NCBI GenBank assembly: GCA_963814495.1
Contig: CAWFDJ010000011.1
Span: 193,809 to 257,808 of the forward strand
Reading direction: 5' to 3'
From: an uncultured bacterium
Lineage (GTDB): Bacteria; Actinomycetota; Geothermincolia; Geothermincolales; Geothermincolaceae
Length of the DNA stretch: 64,000 nt
The position numbers and the translations under genes were made by a program. Each line of letters opens with the position of its first letter. Within the stretch, counting starts at the first letter, position 1. Positions 1-12,425 of the stretch are shown here, one piece after another. The notes below the pieces were generated by a model, which saw nothing but the letters and a program-made list of their open reading frames with translations, had not been told where the DNA came from and searched no databases.

Positions 1-921
1 GAAGAGTACATCCACAAGGGCAACATCAAGGTGGGGGAGAGCATCGCCGGCCGGGTCATCACCGAGGGCCGGCCCATCCACGTCCCCGACATCACCAACG
101 ACCCCCGCCACGTCTTCTCCGTCAACGCGCGCAATGAGGGGCTGACCTCGCTGCTCAGCGTGCCCCTGAGTCTCAAGGACAAGGTCATCGGGGTGCTGAA
201 CATCTACACCAACGAGCAGCACAACTTCACGCCCCACGAGATCAACCTGTTCACCAGCCTGGCCAGCCAGGCCGCCATCGCCATCGAGAACGCCCGGCTC
301 TTCGAGAGCCTGGAGGAGATCTACCTGGACGTCATCACCGCCCTGGCTTCGGCCATCGACGCGCGGGACTCCTACACCCACGGCCACTCCCACCGGGTCA
401 CCGAGTACGCGGTGCTCATCGCGGAGGAGATGGGCCTTACGCCCGAGGAGATCGACATCATCCGCAACGCCAGCATCCTGCACGACGTCGGCAAGATCGG
501 CATCAAGGAGGAGATCCTCAAGAAACCGGGCAAGCTCACCGAGGACGAGACCCTGGAGATGCAGTACCACCCCTTCATCGGCACCCGCATCCTCCAGTCG
601 GTCAAGCTGCTGGAGCCGGTGCTGCCGCTGGTCTACCACCACCAGGAGAAGTACGACGGCAGCGGCTACCCGGAGGGGCTGAGCGGCGAGGACATCCCGC
701 TGGGCGCCAGGATCATCGGGGTCTGCGACGCCTTCGAGGCCATGACCTCCGACCGGCCCTACCGCAAGGCCCTGCCGGTGGAGAAGGCCATGGCGGAACT
801 GCGCAACGAGGCGGGCCGGCAGTTCGACCCGGACGTGGTGGACCTGTTCTTCCGGCTGGCGGAGCGCGGGGCCATCAGGATGGACATCATGACCGAGAGC
901 CAGCTCCCCACCATCGCTTAG
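1..921 (+). CDS. GAF + HD-GYP domain signalling protein (5' end outside window)
   Basis: Frame of ORF 31..921 stays open back to base 1. GAF-like N-part ends AAIAIENARLFE, followed by HD-GYP hallmarks HDVGKIGI and HHQEKYDGSGYPEGL. Confidence 0.8.
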   Translation, partial: EEYIHKGNIKVGESIAGRVITEGRPIHVPDITNDPRHVFSVNARNEGLTSLLSVPLSLKDKVIGVLNIYTNEQHNFTPHEINLFTSLASQAAIAIENARLFESLEEIYLDVITALASAIDARDSYTHGHSHRVTEYAVLIAEEMGLTPEEIDIIRNASILHDVGKIGIKEEILKKPGKLTEDETLEMQYHPFIGTRILQSVKLLEPVLPLVYHHQEKYDGSGYPEGLSGEDIPLGARIIGVCDAFEAMTSDRPYRKALPVEKAMAELRNEAGRQFDPDVVDLFFRLAERGAIRMDIMTESQLPTIA

Positions 922-1066
922 GGCCTCAGACCTCGACGCCATTTGCGGAGCTCCCTGCAACGATAGCCCGGCCCTCGAAGCCCGGAATCGAAGAGCTTCC
1001 CGGTAGAATCCGCAAGGCTCTGGGCTCGCCAGGCCTGGAAGGGGTCGGCTGACCTCGGGCGGCTCG

Positions 1067-2248
1067 TCAGTCTTCGTGGTCGATGATCTCGGGCGGCTCC
1101 ACCACCCAGGGGTCGGGGACCAGGCCGGACTCCTCCTCCATGTCGAGGACGTAGTCCTCCTCGTGCCGGGCCTTGAGGAAGCGCGGGATGACGCTTAAGA
1201 GGAAGCTGGCCAGGGTCACCAGCAGCAGCACGAAGAAGAGCTTCTTGTTGCTGGTGAACTCCAGGACCAGGGCCACCGCCGTCAGCAGCCCCGTCCACAG
1301 GTAGATCAGCAGCACCGCCTGCTTCTGGGAATGCCCCAGGTAGAGCAGGCGGTGGTGGATGTGCTCCTTGTCGGCGTGGTGGACCGGCAGGTGGCCGCGC
1401 ATCCGCCGGATGATGGCCAGGCCCGTGTCCACGATGGGGATGGCCAGGACGATGAGGGGCGGGAGGGCGGTGGCCACGGCGGCGCGCTTGAGGATGCCCT
1501 GGATGGAGATGGCCCCCAGGATGAACCCGAGGAACATGGCGCCGGAGTCCCCCATGAAGATGCTGGCCGGGTTGAAGTTGTAATAGAGGAAGCCGAGGGT
1601 CGCCCCGCCCAGGGCCGCCGAGATGACCATGGCCTGCAGTACCGCCTGGTCCTGCCCCACCTGCGTGCCGTAGATGAAGAAGGCCGCGGCGGAGATGCAG
1701 GCCACGCCGGCCGCCAGCCCGTCCAGCCCGTCGATGAGGTTGATGAAGTTGATGAAGGCCACCATCCACACCAGGGTCAGGAGGATGGAGGCCGCCGGGC
1801 TGCCGCTCAGGTCGATGAAGTCGCCGCGGATGTAGGAGATGCTGCGGATCTCCACCCCGAAGGAGATCATCACCAGCACCGCCGCCACCTGGCCGGTCAG
1901 CTTGGCCAGCGGGGAGAGCTCGCGCAGGTCGTCCCAGACGCCCAGCAGCAGGATGATCAGGGAGGCCAGGAGGATGCCCAGGAGCTCCTGGGACGAGAGG
2001 GCCTCGCGGATGCCCCGCGGCAGGCTGGACGGGTCCATGGTGCTGACCAGGATCTTGCAGGCCAGCAGGGCCAGCAGTACCGCCAGGTACATGGCGATGC
2101 CCCCCATGGTGGTGGTGGGCTTCTCGTGGATCTTGCGGTCGTGCGGCATGACCACGGCCCCCACCCGCTGGGAGAAGCGGCGGTTGATCGGCGTGAAGAG
2201 CAGGGCCAGGACCAGGGCGGTCGCGAAGGTGATGATGTAGATGAGCAC
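1067..2248 (-). CDS. MraY/WecA/TagO-family polyprenyl-phosphate HexNAc-1-phosphate transferase (glycosyltransferase family 4)
   Basis: 393-aa polytopic membrane ORF. Motifs [33 protein letters not shown] and [12 protein letters not shown] are typical of the family. Confidence 0.85.
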   Translation of the reverse strand: MLIYIITFATALVLALLFTPINRRFSQRVGAVVMPHDRKIHEKPTTTMGGIAMYLAVLLALLACKILVSTMDPSSLPRGIREALSSQELLGILLASLIILLLGVWDDLRELSPLAKLTGQVAAVLVMISFGVEIRSISYIRGDFIDLSGSPAASILLTLVWMVAFINFINLIDGLDGLAAGVACISAAAFFIYGTQVGQDQAVLQAMVISAALGGATLGFLYYNFNPASIFMGDSGAMFLGFILGAISIQGILKRAAVATALPPLIVLAIPIVDTGLAIIRRMRGHLPVHHADKEHIHHRLLYLGHSQKQAVLLIYLWTGLLTAVALVLEFTSNKKLFFVLLLVTLASFLLSVIPRFLKARHEEDYVLDMEEESGLVPDPWVVEPPEIIDHED

Positions 2249-2257
2249 GGGGGCCTC

Positions 2258-2710
2258 CTATCCGTGCGGCAGCTGCTCGGTGCCCACGCCGGCCTCCGCG
2301 AGCAGCTGCGCGGCCATCTCGTCCGGGTAGCCCTCCAGGTAGAAGATGCGCTCGATGCCCGCGTTGATGATCATCTTGGTGCAGAGGGTGCAGGGGTGAT
2401 GGGTGCAGTAGAGGACGGCCCCCTGCACCGCCACCCCGTACAGGGCCGCCTGGATGATGGCGTTCTGCTCGGCGTGCAGGCCCCGGCAGATCTCGTGCCG
2501 CTCGCCGGAGGGGATGTTGTGCTGGTCCCGCAGGCACCCGGTCTCGGAGCAGTGGGACAGGCCCGAGGGGGCCCCGTTGTACCCCGTGGCCACGATGCGC
2601 TTGCCCAGGACGATGACGCAGCCCACCTGCCGCCTCAGGCAGGTGGATCGGGTGGACACCTGCCGGGAGATGGCCGCGAAATAGTCGTTCCAGCTAGGCC
2701 GGGTGCCCAT
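2258..2710 (-). CDS. dCMP (deoxycytidylate) deaminase, ComEB type
   Basis: 150 aa with zinc-deaminase motifs HAEQNAI and [14 protein letters not shown]. Confidence 0.85.
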   Translation of the reverse strand: MGTRPSWNDYFAAISRQVSTRSTCLRRQVGCVIVLGKRIVATGYNGAPSGLSHCSETGCLRDQHNIPSGERHEICRGLHAEQNAIIQAALYGVAVQGAVLYCTHHPCTLCTKMIINAGIERIFYLEGYPDEMAAQLLAEAGVGTEQLPHG

Positions 2711-2726
2711 AACCCCGCGCTTCGCC

Positions 2727-4002
2727 CTATATCTCCGGGTAGAGGGGGAAGGCTTCCAGGAACTCCGCCACCTGGCCCCGTACCCTCTCCTTGACCGCGT
2801 CGGTCCCCGATGTTGTCGATCACCTCGGTGATGAAACCGGCGATGGTGACCATGTCCGCCTCGCTCATGCCCCGCGTGGTCATGGCCGGCGTGCCCAGCC
2901 GCAGGCCGCTGGCGATGGCGGGAGGCCGCTCGTCGAAGGGGACCTCGTTCTTGTTGGTGGTGATGCTCACCTCGTCCAGGGCCAGCTGCGCCTCGATGCC
3001 GGTGACCCCCTGGGGACGGAGGTCGATGAGCATCAGGTGGGTGTCGGTGCCCCCGGAGACCAGCCGGAAGCCCCGTTCCTGCAGGGCCGCGGCCAGCGCC
3101 GCCGCGTTGTCCACGATGCGGCGCGCGTAGGCTTTGAACTCGTCACCCGAGGCCTCCTTCAAGGCCACTGCCTTGGCCGCGATGATGTGCATCAACGGGC
3201 CTCCCTGCACCCCCGGGAAGAGGGCGTGGTCCACCGCCTGGGCCTGCTCCCGGACGCACAGGACCATGCCGCCCCGCGGGCCCCGCATGGTCTTGTGGGT
3301 GGTGGAAGTGACGAAGTGGGCGTGGGGCACCGGGTCGGAGTGCGCGCCGCCGGCCACCAGCCCGGCGAAATGGGCCATGTCCACCATGAGGTAGGCGCCC
3401 ACCTCGTCGGCGATGCGCCGGAAGGCGGCGAAGTCGAGGTCGCGCGGGTAGGCGCTGCCGCCCGCGATGATCAGGCGGGGCCGGCACGACCTGGCCACCT
3501 CGGCGATCTCCTCGTAATCCAGCCGCTCGGTCTCCCGGTTCACGCCGTAATGGAAGGCCTTGTAGTGGCTCCCCGAGAGGCTCACCGGTGAACCGTGGGA
3601 GAGGTGCCCGCCGTGGCGCATGTCCATGCCCAGGATGACGTCGCCCGGCTTGAGGGCGGCGAAGTAGACGGTGGTGTTGGCCTGCACCCCGGAGTGGGGC
3701 TGCACGTTGGCGTGCTCCGCCCCGAAGAGCTCCACGGCCCGCTTGATGGCCAGCTCCTCGGCCAGGTCCACGCACTCGCAGCCGCCGTAGTAGCGCTTGC
3801 CCGGGTATCCCTCGGCGTACTTGTTGGTCAGCACGGAGCCGGCCGCCTCCAGCACGGCCAGGGAGGGGAAGTTCTCCGAGGCGATGAGCTCGATCTTGTC
3901 CCGTTCCCGCTGCAACTCGGCCTGGATGATCCCGGCTACCTCCGGATCGGTCTTCAACAAAGCGGTCATGTTCATCCGGGTCTCCTTTGCGTTCATGTCC
4001 AT
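2727..4002 (-). CDS. glyA: serine hydroxymethyltransferase, interrupted by one apparent 1-nt insertion near the 3' end
   Basis: PLP-lysine region [17 protein letters not shown]. The track ORF 2635..4002 runs on after VIDNIGD into a Gly/Pro-rich tail overlapping the next gene. Skipping one base at the C-run 2805-2808 restores [25 protein letters not shown] and a stop at 2727-2729. Confidence 0.9.
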
Positions 4003-4003
4003 A

Positions 4004-4465
4004 TCAGCTCGATGGTTGTTCCCGGCCCTCGCCCTCGAGGGACCGGATGAGCTCCAGCCGGCGCTGGTGCCGGCCGCCTTCGAAGGGGGTCTCCAGCCAG
4101 ACCCGCACTATCTCCAGGGCCAGGCCTTCCCCGATGACCCGCTCTCCCAGGCACAGGACGTTCAGGTCGTTGTGCAGCCGGCTGAAGCGGGCCGTGAAGA
4201 GGTCGTTGCAGGCGCCGGCGCGCACGCCCCGCACCTTGTTGGCGCAGACGGCCATGCCCACGCCGGTGGCGCAGACCAGGATGCCCCGTTCGCACTCCCC
4301 GTCCCGTACCGCCTCGGCCACCTGCCGGGCGAACTCGGGGTAGTCGCAGGAATCCGCGTTTCCGGTGCCCACGTCCAGGACCTCGTGGCCCTCCTCGAGG
4401 AGCCGGCCGGCGATGGCCGACTTGAGCCTCAGTCCAGCGTGGTCGGAGCCCAGCCCGATCTTCAT
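4004..4465 (-). CDS. rpiB: ribose-5-phosphate isomerase B
   Basis: [15 protein letters not shown] start and [23 protein letters not shown] active-site region. 4-nt overlap with the upstream gene. Confidence 0.9.
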   Translation of the reverse strand: MKIGLGSDHAGLRLKSAIAGRLLEEGHEVLDVGTGNADSCDYPEFARQVAEAVRDGECERGILVCATGVGMAVCANKVRGVRAGACNDLFTARFSRLHNDLNVLCLGERVIGEGLALEIVRVWLETPFEGGRHQRRLELIRSLEGEGREQPSS

Positions 4466-5073
4466 CCCTGCACCTCCGGTCGTCCGAACAGCACCAGCAT
4501 CATCTCTTCCAGGTTGGCGGAGATATCCTCGGCTACCGTCAGGTAGGTCTCCAGGCTGCCGCCAATGGGGTCAATTATATCAGAGGACATGATCTCCGGC
4601 TCCCGCCCTTTCCCGCCCCGGCGCTCCCCGGCCAGCCAGGACTTGAGCAGCTGCAGCCGCGTATCCAGCTCGCCCTCGTCCTGCACGGCTTCCCCCCCCA
4701 ACCGTTCCAGCGCCGCCTCGCGGCGAGAGGACAGGTACTTGAGGGTGAAGGACTTCTCCAGGAGCTCCTCTCCCAGCCTTTCGATGGACAGGAGGTGCTC
4801 CCTGGCCATGGTGACGATGAGGCTCGCCCCCCGCGCCAGGCGCGCGTCCAGGGGCTGGGCGCGGTGGCGGCTCAGGTCGATGCCCCAGAGGTCCATGGTC
4901 TGCACGGCGGTCTCGGTGACGCGGTTGCCCTCGATGGCGATGGTGCCCGCCGACTCCACCTTTACCAGCGGGAACAGGAGGGGATAGCCCTTGACCAGCC
5001 GGTCCTCGAAGAGGGCCTCGGCCATGGGGCTGCGGCATATATTTCCCGTACAGACGAATAGAACACTTATCAT
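4462..5073 (-). CDS. low-molecular-weight protein phosphatase (YwlE-like Tyr/Arg phosphatase) with C-terminal extension
   Basis: CX5R P-loop in VLFVCTGNICRSPMAEALF. At 203 aa it is longer than the usual ~150 aa. Confidence 0.85.
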   Translation of the reverse strand: MISVLFVCTGNICRSPMAEALFEDRLVKGYPLLFPLVKVESAGTIAIEGNRVTETAVQTMDLWGIDLSRHRAQPLDARLARGASLIVTMAREHLLSIERLGEELLEKSFTLKYLSSRREAALERLGGEAVQDEGELDTRLQLLKSWLAGERRGGKGREPEIMSSDIIDPIGGSLETYLTVAEDISANLEEMMLVLFGRPEVQG

Positions 5074-5092
5074 GATAATCCCGGAAAGTTTA

Positions 5093-5767
5093 TCATACTG
5101 GGGGCGCCGTTTTCAGTCCGGCCGGTCTGAAGGGCTCCCCTCGCCAGGCCTTCTCCAGTTCCGGAAGGGTGATGCTGCCCTGGCGGAGGATCCTCAAACC
5201 GGAGGCGCCGGCCTCGACCACGGTGGAAGGGGCCCCCTCCCCCGGGTGGCGGGAGAAGCAGGCGACGTCCGCCACCTCCAGGATGCTCTCCGGGATGTCG
5301 GAGAAAGCCGCCGGTGTGTCCCCGCCGCTGCGGTTGGCGCTGGTCACCGCCAGGGGCCCGGTGAGGGCCAGCACCGCCAGGGTCAGGGGGTGGTCGGGCA
5401 CCCGCAGCCCCAGGGAATCCCGCCCCGGCGCCGTCAGGTCCATCCAGGCGGCCGCCTTCCGCTTGATCACGATGGTCAGCTTGCCGGGCCAGAAACGGGC
5501 CAGCCTCTTCAGGGCGTCCCGCTCTTCCTCCGCCACCAGGCCCGCGGCTTCACCTGTGCTGGCGACCATCACCACCAGGGATTTCTCGCTCTGCCGACCC
5601 TTGGCGGCGAAGATGCGGCGCACCGCCTCCGGCCGGTGGACCGAGGCGGCCAGCCCGTATACCGTGTCGGTGGGCAGCACCGCCAGGCCTCCGCCCTTGA
5701 GCGCCTCCGTGGTCAGGCGGGCGGCGGAACCGACCCCCTCCTTCTCAACGTCTATAACCGAGACCAT
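5093..5767 (-). CDS. tsaC: L-threonylcarbamoyladenylate synthase (TsaC/YwlC/Sua5 family)
   Basis: LKGGGLAVLPTDTVYGLAA and LAVTSANRSGG motifs. I place the start at the internal ATG (MVSVIDVEKEG, 5765-5767) rather than the track start at 5974. Confidence 0.8.
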   Translation of the reverse strand: MVSVIDVEKEGVGSAARLTTEALKGGGLAVLPTDTVYGLAASVHRPEAVRRIFAAKGRQSEKSLVVMVASTGEAAGLVAEEERDALKRLARFWPGKLTIVIKRKAAAWMDLTAPGRDSLGLRVPDHPLTLAVLALTGPLAVTSANRSGGDTPAAFSDIPESILEVADVACFSRHPGEGAPSTVVEAGASGLRILRQGSITLPELEKAWRGEPFRPAGLKTAPPV

Positions 5768-5906
5768 AGCTCGACTATAGCACGTGGATTTGACCTTTTC
5801 GAAGGGAGCCTCTACAATTTTATGAAATATGCTTTGAAGGAAAGTAAGGAAACGAAAAGGAATCAGTCTTTGACAAACGGAAGCGCGGCCCATGGAAGGA
5901 GGCGAC

Positions 5907-6969
5907 ATGGGCAGATATAGAAACGCCCTCCTCTGCATGTTCCTGGCGTGCATGCTGGGAATACTTCCCCTCAACCTCGCCTACGGCGACTCCTTGAGCG
6001 ACAAGCAGGAAAAGGCCAAGCAGGTCAAGGCGCAGCTCCAGGCCAACCAGTCGGAGCTCAACCGGCTGACCACCGCCCTGAGCCAGACCGAGTCCCAGCT
6101 CTCGGTGGTGGAGGTCTACATCGAACGCAACCAGGCGGAGCTGGAGGCGGCACAGGCGGAGCTCGCGCGCTACCAGGGCATCCTCAACCAGCGGGTCAGG
6201 GCCATGTACATGGAGGGCAACTCCTCCTCGCTGGAGGTCATGCTGGACTCGACCTCCTTCGACGACTTCTTGAACTCCTACGACTACATGCGCATGATCG
6301 GGGATTACGACACCGAGATGATCGACGCCACCCGCAGCCTCACCGCCCAGATAAACGACAAGCGCGCCAGCCTGGAGAGCTCCCGGGCCCAGTACGAGGC
6401 CCAGGCCGCCTCGCAGGCCTCCCAGCGCTCGGCCATCCAGGCCAAGCTGGCGGAGCAGCAGTCCATCCTGAGCGGCCTCGATTCGGAGATATCCTCCATG
6501 GTGTCGCAGCAGGTGGCGGCCAGCCGGAGCAGCGGCAGCAGCGGAGGCGGGGGCGGAAGCGGCTATTGGGACGTGGGGCCGGTGAACGGGCTCTACTTCC
6601 CGGTGGCGGGCCCGCACAGCTTCTCCAACGACTGGGGCAACCCGCGCAGCGTGGGCCGCACCCACAAGGGGACGGACATCATGGCCAACTACGGTGTCCC
6701 CTGCGTGGCCATCACCAGCGGGACGGTTGTCGCAGCATTCGGGCGGCAACCCCGGTAACTACGTCTTCCTGCACGGGGACAACGGCACCGTCTACTGGTA
6801 CATGCACCTGCAGGGCTTCGCGGCTTCCGGCCGCGTCTCCGCCGGCACGGTCGTCGGTTACGTGGGAGACACCGGGAACGCCCGGGGGTGTCCCCACCTG
6901 CATTTCGAGGTCCACCCCGGCGGCGGGGCGGCCGTCAACCCCTACCCCCTGCTCAAGGCCATCGACTGA
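5907..6969 (+). CDS. secreted coiled-coil + M23 (LytM) metallopeptidase, one apparent 1-nt insertion near 6729
   Basis: GGAGG 5-6 nt before ATG 5907. Signal peptide [27 protein letters not shown], then a long Q/A/E coiled coil. [23 protein letters not shown] lies in frame 0 and continues as [24 protein letters not shown]...[20 protein letters not shown] in frame +1 (track ORFs 5892..6758 and 6694..6969). Confidence 0.8.
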
Positions 6970-6984
6970 CGCGGACCGCCTCGC

Positions 6985-8052
6985 TCACTTCAGGCCTGCC
7001 AGGCGGTAGAACCTGTCCATGTCCACGTACATCTCGAACAGCTCGCTCAGGCGTTCCAGCTTCTTGGGCTCTCTGGAGCGCGCGGTCTTGATGACCATGT
7101 CGGTCTTCTCGGCCGCGGTGAGGGTGTCGTCGTTGACCAGGATGACCGGTACTCCCATCTCGTCCGCCTTGCCCAGGATGATGGGCGAGGGGTAGAGGTG
7201 GCCGGACAGGACCAGGCAGGGGATGTTGGCCTCCAGGGCGGCCAGCTGGATGTCCGAGCGGTCCCCGCCCGTCACCACGCACTCCCCCTTCCGCTTGCGG
7301 AAGAAGGACATGGCGTGCTCCGGCCCCATGGCTCCCACGATGACCCCTTCGACCAGGTTGTCCAGGGCCTCCTCGCCGCTCAGCACCTCGCCGTGCAGGC
7401 CGGCGGCGAGCTCGCGGATGCTGACGGACCTGAGCAGGCGGTCCTCCGGTATCAGCCCCAGCACCGGCAGTTTCACCGTCTCCTCGAGGTACTTGGACAG
7501 CATGTCATGGGCGAAGGACTGCCGCCCCGGCGAGACCAGGTTGAGGATGACGCCGATCATCAGCTCGCCCAGGACGCTCCGGGCGTGCAGTATGTTGTCG
7601 GCGATCATGGCGTCGTTGAGCCGCTCCACCATCAGGACCCGGGTGTCCAGTTCCCGGGCCAGATCGTAGCCGGAAAGGCCCAGGAAGGCGCCCTGCCGGG
7701 CCGACATGGAGCTCTGGACCAGCACTACGTCCTTGCCCTCCGAGACGCGGCCGAAGGCCCTCTTCACTATTCCCAGGTAGTCCTGCCGCTCCCCCACCAG
7801 GGCGTTGTTGACCAGCTGCGGGGTGAGGATGACCGGGCAGGCATCCTTGATCTCCTCGTCCAGCCCGAGCGTCTGGACCAGGAAGGAGGCGTCGGCGTCG
7901 GTGACCATGTCCCCGTCCTTCAGGTAGAGGTTGCCCAGGGGCTTGATGAAACCCACCTTGTAACCGTCCTTCTGCAGGCGCAGGCCCAGGCCCAGGGCCA
8001 TGGTGTGCAGGCCCGAGAAACCCTGTTCCGATATGAGATATATCGCTTTCAT
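6985..8052 (-). CDS. phosphotransacetylase N-terminal-like protein (P-loop-like BioD/CobQ-type domain + DRTGG domain)
   Basis: 355 aa, MKAIYLISEQGFSGLHTMALGLGLRLQKDGYKVGFIKPLG start. The C-terminal part with VVTGGDRSDIQLAALEANIPCLVLSG resembles DRTGG. Lies directly downstream of the ADP-forming acetyl-CoA synthetase. Confidence 0.65.
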   Translation of the reverse strand: MKAIYLISEQGFSGLHTMALGLGLRLQKDGYKVGFIKPLGNLYLKDGDMVTDADASFLVQTLGLDEEIKDACPVILTPQLVNNALVGERQDYLGIVKRAFGRVSEGKDVVLVQSSMSARQGAFLGLSGYDLARELDTRVLMVERLNDAMIADNILHARSVLGELMIGVILNLVSPGRQSFAHDMLSKYLEETVKLPVLGLIPEDRLLRSVSIRELAAGLHGEVLSGEEALDNLVEGVIVGAMGPEHAMSFFRKRKGECVVTGGDRSDIQLAALEANIPCLVLSGHLYPSPIILGKADEMGVPVILVNDDTLTAAEKTDMVIKTARSREPKKLERLSELFEMYVDMDRFYRLAGLK

Positions 8053-8059
8053 GGCCTCA

Positions 8060-10150
8060 TCACTCTCCTATGATCATCCTGGCGTCGGCCGCTATGCAGC
8101 CCTGGTCTTTATCAAAAACCCGCAGGGGGTTGATGTCCAGTTCGTGGATGGCGGGGAAGTCCGAGACCAGCTGGGAGATCCGCTGGATTATCTCCGCCAG
8201 CTTTCCGATGTCCGCGGGCGTCTCGCCCCGCGCTCCCCGGAGCAGCCAGTAGGACTTGAGTTCCTTGATCATCTCCATGGCCTCCCGCTCCCCCACCGGG
8301 GCCAGGCGGAAGCTGATGTCCTTGATGACCTCGACGTAGATACCGCCCAGGCCCACCATGATCAGCGGGCCGAACTGGGGGTCGCGGTTGACGCCCACGA
8401 TCAGCTCCTTGGAGGGCTTGAGCATCTCCTGCACCACGACCCCCCAGATCTGGGCGTCGGGCATCAGCCGCCGGGCGTTGGCGGTGATCTCCTCGTAAGC
8501 GGTGATGAGGTCGTCGGTGTTCTCGAGCCCCACCTTGACCCCTCCCACGTCGGTCTTGTGCAGGATCTGGGGGGAGGCGATCTTGGCCACCACCGGGTAG
8601 CCGATCTCCCGGCCCGCCTCGATGCACTCGAACAGGTTGGTGCCGAGGATGGTCTTGGCCACCGGGATGCCGTAGTGGCGGAAGACCTCGCTGGCCTCCA
8701 CCTCGCCCAGCTGGAAGCGCCCGTCCGCCGTCACCTTGTCCAGGACGGCCTGGACCGCGTCCCGGTCCACCGGGAACCGCGGGAAACTGTCGGAGGGCCG
8801 GTCGAGGTACTCGCGGTAGTCCACCATGGCCTTGATGGTGCGCACCGCGGTCTCGGGGAAACGGTAGTTGGGGATGCCCGCCTCGTAGAGTATCTTCTCC
8901 GCCGGCTCGATCTCCGAGCCCCCCATGAACACCGTGAAGATGCTCTTGCCCTTGCCGGCGCAGACGTCGGCCACGGCCTGGGCGGTCTCGGGTATCTGGG
9001 TCATGGCCTGCGGGGTGAGGATGATGATGATGGAATCGATGTTCTTGTCCAGCATCAGGACCTCCAGGGCGTCCCGGTAGCGGTCGGCCAGGGCGTCACC
9101 CAGCACGTCCACGGGGTTGTAGATGGCGGCGGCAGGCGGCAGGCACTGCCTCAGGGACTCGATGGTCGAGGTCCCCAGGCTGGCCAGGGCCAGCTTCTCG
9201 TGCTCCAGGGCGTCGGCGGTGATGATGCCCGGCCCGCCCGCGTTGGTCACGATGACCACGTTGCTGCCGCCGGGTACGGGCTGCTGGGAGAAACCCCGGC
9301 AGACCTGGAAGAGGTCCTCCATGGTCGCGGCCCGGATGACCCCGGTGCGCTTGAAGGAGGCGATGTAGGCGTTCTCCGAGCCGGCCAGGGTCCCGGTGTG
9401 CGAGGACACCGCCTTGGCCCCCGCCTGGGTGGTGCCCGCCTTGAAGATGATCACCGGTTTCTTGCGGGTGACCTCGGCGGCCAGGCGCAGGAACTCCTCG
9501 CCCCGGTTGATGCCTTCCAGGTATCCGGCGATGACCGCCGAGTGCCAGTCGTCCTCCAGCGCCTTGAGCAGGTCCACCTCGTCGATGTCCATCTTGTTGC
9601 CGATGGACACGAACTTGGAGAACCCCAGCCCGATCTCCCTGGACCAGCCGAGGGCCGCCGTGCACAGGGCCCCCGACTGCGAGAAGAAAGCCAGGCGGCC
9701 CGCCAGCGGGTAGATGCTGGCGAAGGTGGCGTTGATGGGGGTGGAGGTGTCGGCCAGGCCCAGGCAGTTGGGGCCGAGCACCCGGATGGGGTACTTCGCG
9801 GTGATCTCCGCCAGCTGCCGCTCCAGCCGGTAGCCCTCCTTGCCCGCCTCCTTGAAGCCGGCGGAGATGATCACCGCCGCCTCGATGCCTTTCCTGCCGC
9901 ACTCGTCCAGCACGTCGGGGACGGCCTTGGCGGGCACTATTATCATGGCCAGGTCGGGGACGGACGGTATCTCCGAGACCGAGGGGTAGGACTTTAAGCC
10001 CATGATCTCCGGGTCGTTGGGGTTGACCGGGATGATCTCCCCCGGGAATTCCGAGTTGACCAGGCTCTCCAGCACCACCCGCCCGACCTTGCCGGGTTTG
10101 TCCGACGCCCCGATGACCGCCACGGACCTCGGTTGGAAGAATTTCCTCAC
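8060..10150 (-). CDS. ADP-forming acetyl-CoA synthetase / acetate--CoA ligase (fused alpha-beta: CoA-binding + succinyl-CoA-synthetase-like + ATP-grasp)
   Basis: 696 aa. SVAVIGASDKPGKVGRVVLESL CoA-binding start, and C-terminal ATP-grasp region YPVVAKIASPQILHKTDVGGVKVGL. Confidence 0.85.
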   Translation of the reverse strand: MRKFFQPRSVAVIGASDKPGKVGRVVLESLVNSEFPGEIIPVNPNDPEIMGLKSYPSVSEIPSVPDLAMIIVPAKAVPDVLDECGRKGIEAAVIISAGFKEAGKEGYRLERQLAEITAKYPIRVLGPNCLGLADTSTPINATFASIYPLAGRLAFFSQSGALCTAALGWSREIGLGFSKFVSIGNKMDIDEVDLLKALEDDWHSAVIAGYLEGINRGEEFLRLAAEVTRKKPVIIFKAGTTQAGAKAVSSHTGTLAGSENAYIASFKRTGVIRAATMEDLFQVCRGFSQQPVPGGSNVVIVTNAGGPGIITADALEHEKLALASLGTSTIESLRQCLPPAAAIYNPVDVLGDALADRYRDALEVLMLDKNIDSIIIILTPQAMTQIPETAQAVADVCAGKGKSIFTVFMGGSEIEPAEKILYEAGIPNYRFPETAVRTIKAMVDYREYLDRPSDSFPRFPVDRDAVQAVLDKVTADGRFQLGEVEASEVFRHYGIPVAKTILGTNLFECIEAGREIGYPVVAKIASPQILHKTDVGGVKVGLENTDDLITAYEEITANARRLMPDAQIWGVVVQEMLKPSKELIVGVNRDPQFGPLIMVGLGGIYVEVIKDISFRLAPVGEREAMEMIKELKSYWLLRGARGETPADIGKLAEIIQRISQLVSDFPAIHELDINPLRVFDKDQGCIAADARMIIGE

Positions 10151-10256
10151 GCCTTCTCCTTATATTACTGCTTCGATCGCGTGATCGATCCTCACGCACA
10201 GGCAAGTATATTATAAACGGAAATCTTCAAGGGAACAGGGCCGAGAGGGTTGCCGT

Positions 10257-10285
10257 TTGCGAACCGGCCCGGCAGGCGCTAGAAT
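10257..10285 (+). promoter_or_regulatory. candidate sigma-70-type promoter for greA (TTGCGA-17 nt-TAGAAT)
   Basis: TTGCGA at 10257-10262, exactly 17-nt spacer, TAGAAT at 10280-10285. Followed by an 8-bp hairpin ACATCCAC/GTGGATGT (10293-10315) in the leader. Confidence 0.4.
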
Positions 10286-10344
10286 ATTGCCTACATCCAC
10301 TCATCGCGTGGATGTTGTCGTTGTAAGGAGAAAGACGGGAGAAC

Positions 10345-10851
10345 ATGAACGAGATGGAGCAGGAATACCGGGAAGAGAAGCCGGACGACATCGTCCTCAC
10401 CCGGGAGGGGCACGCCAAGCTGGTCGAGGAACTGGAGCACCTGAAGAACGTCAAGCGCTGGGAAGTAGCCAAGCGGCTGGAGGAGGCCCGCGCCCACGGC
10501 GACATAACCGAGAACTCCGAGTACGAGGACGCCAAGCACGAGCAGGCCTTCGTGGCGGGGCGCGTCATCGACATAGAGCGCATCCTGGAAAACGCCCGCA
10601 TCATCAAGGAGGACGACATCAAGGTCGGGGTGGTCAGCCTGGGCATCACCGTGGTCCTGCTCGACCTGGAGATGAAAGAGGAGAAGACCTACCGCGTGGT
10701 CAGCTCGGCCGAGGCCCGCGGCAGCCGCACCAGCATCTCCGACCAGAGCCCGGTGGGCAAGGCCATCCTGGGGCGCAAGGAAGGGGAGACCGTGGAGGTC
10801 CCCACCCCCGCCGGCATCATCCGCTACGAGATCCTCAAGATCGAAAGATAG
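10345..10851 (+). CDS. greA: transcription elongation factor GreA
   Basis: 168 aa. [28 protein letters not shown] coiled-coil tip with acidic residues, and a C-terminal FKBP-like part. Confidence 0.9.
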   Translation: MNEMEQEYREEKPDDIVLTREGHAKLVEELEHLKNVKRWEVAKRLEEARAHGDITENSEYEDAKHEQAFVAGRVIDIERILENARIIKEDDIKVGVVSLGITVVLLDLEMKEEKTYRVVSSAEARGSRTSISDQSPVGKAILGRKEGETVEVPTPAGIIRYEILKIER

Positions 10852-10858
10852 ACGCGGC

Positions 10859-12365
<1,507 letters not shown>

Positions 12366-12377
12366 GCGCGCCCCCGC

Positions 12378-12425
12378 TGTCATCGCGAGCGCCCCGGTGT
12401 CATCGCGAGCGAAGCGAAGCGATCT
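12378..12425. repeat. tandem duplication of the 14-mer TGTCATCGCGAGCG followed by GAAGCGAAGCGATC
   Basis: Copies at 12378-12391 and 12398-12411, immediately after the lysS stop. ATCGC...GCGAT can form a weak hairpin. Confidence 0.5.

Noticed and set aside
918-2794. Long ORFs 918..2537 (-) and 1331..2794 (+) overlapping the glycosyltransferase and deaminase genes
   Set aside because: They are Pro/Gly/Arg/His-rich low-complexity translations in alternative frames of clearly recognisable genes. They are GC-driven artefacts. The same applies to 3143..3775, 8000..9997, 15696..17279, 20205..21374, 34623..36347, 38276..39643, 60718..62142, 62580..63818 and others.
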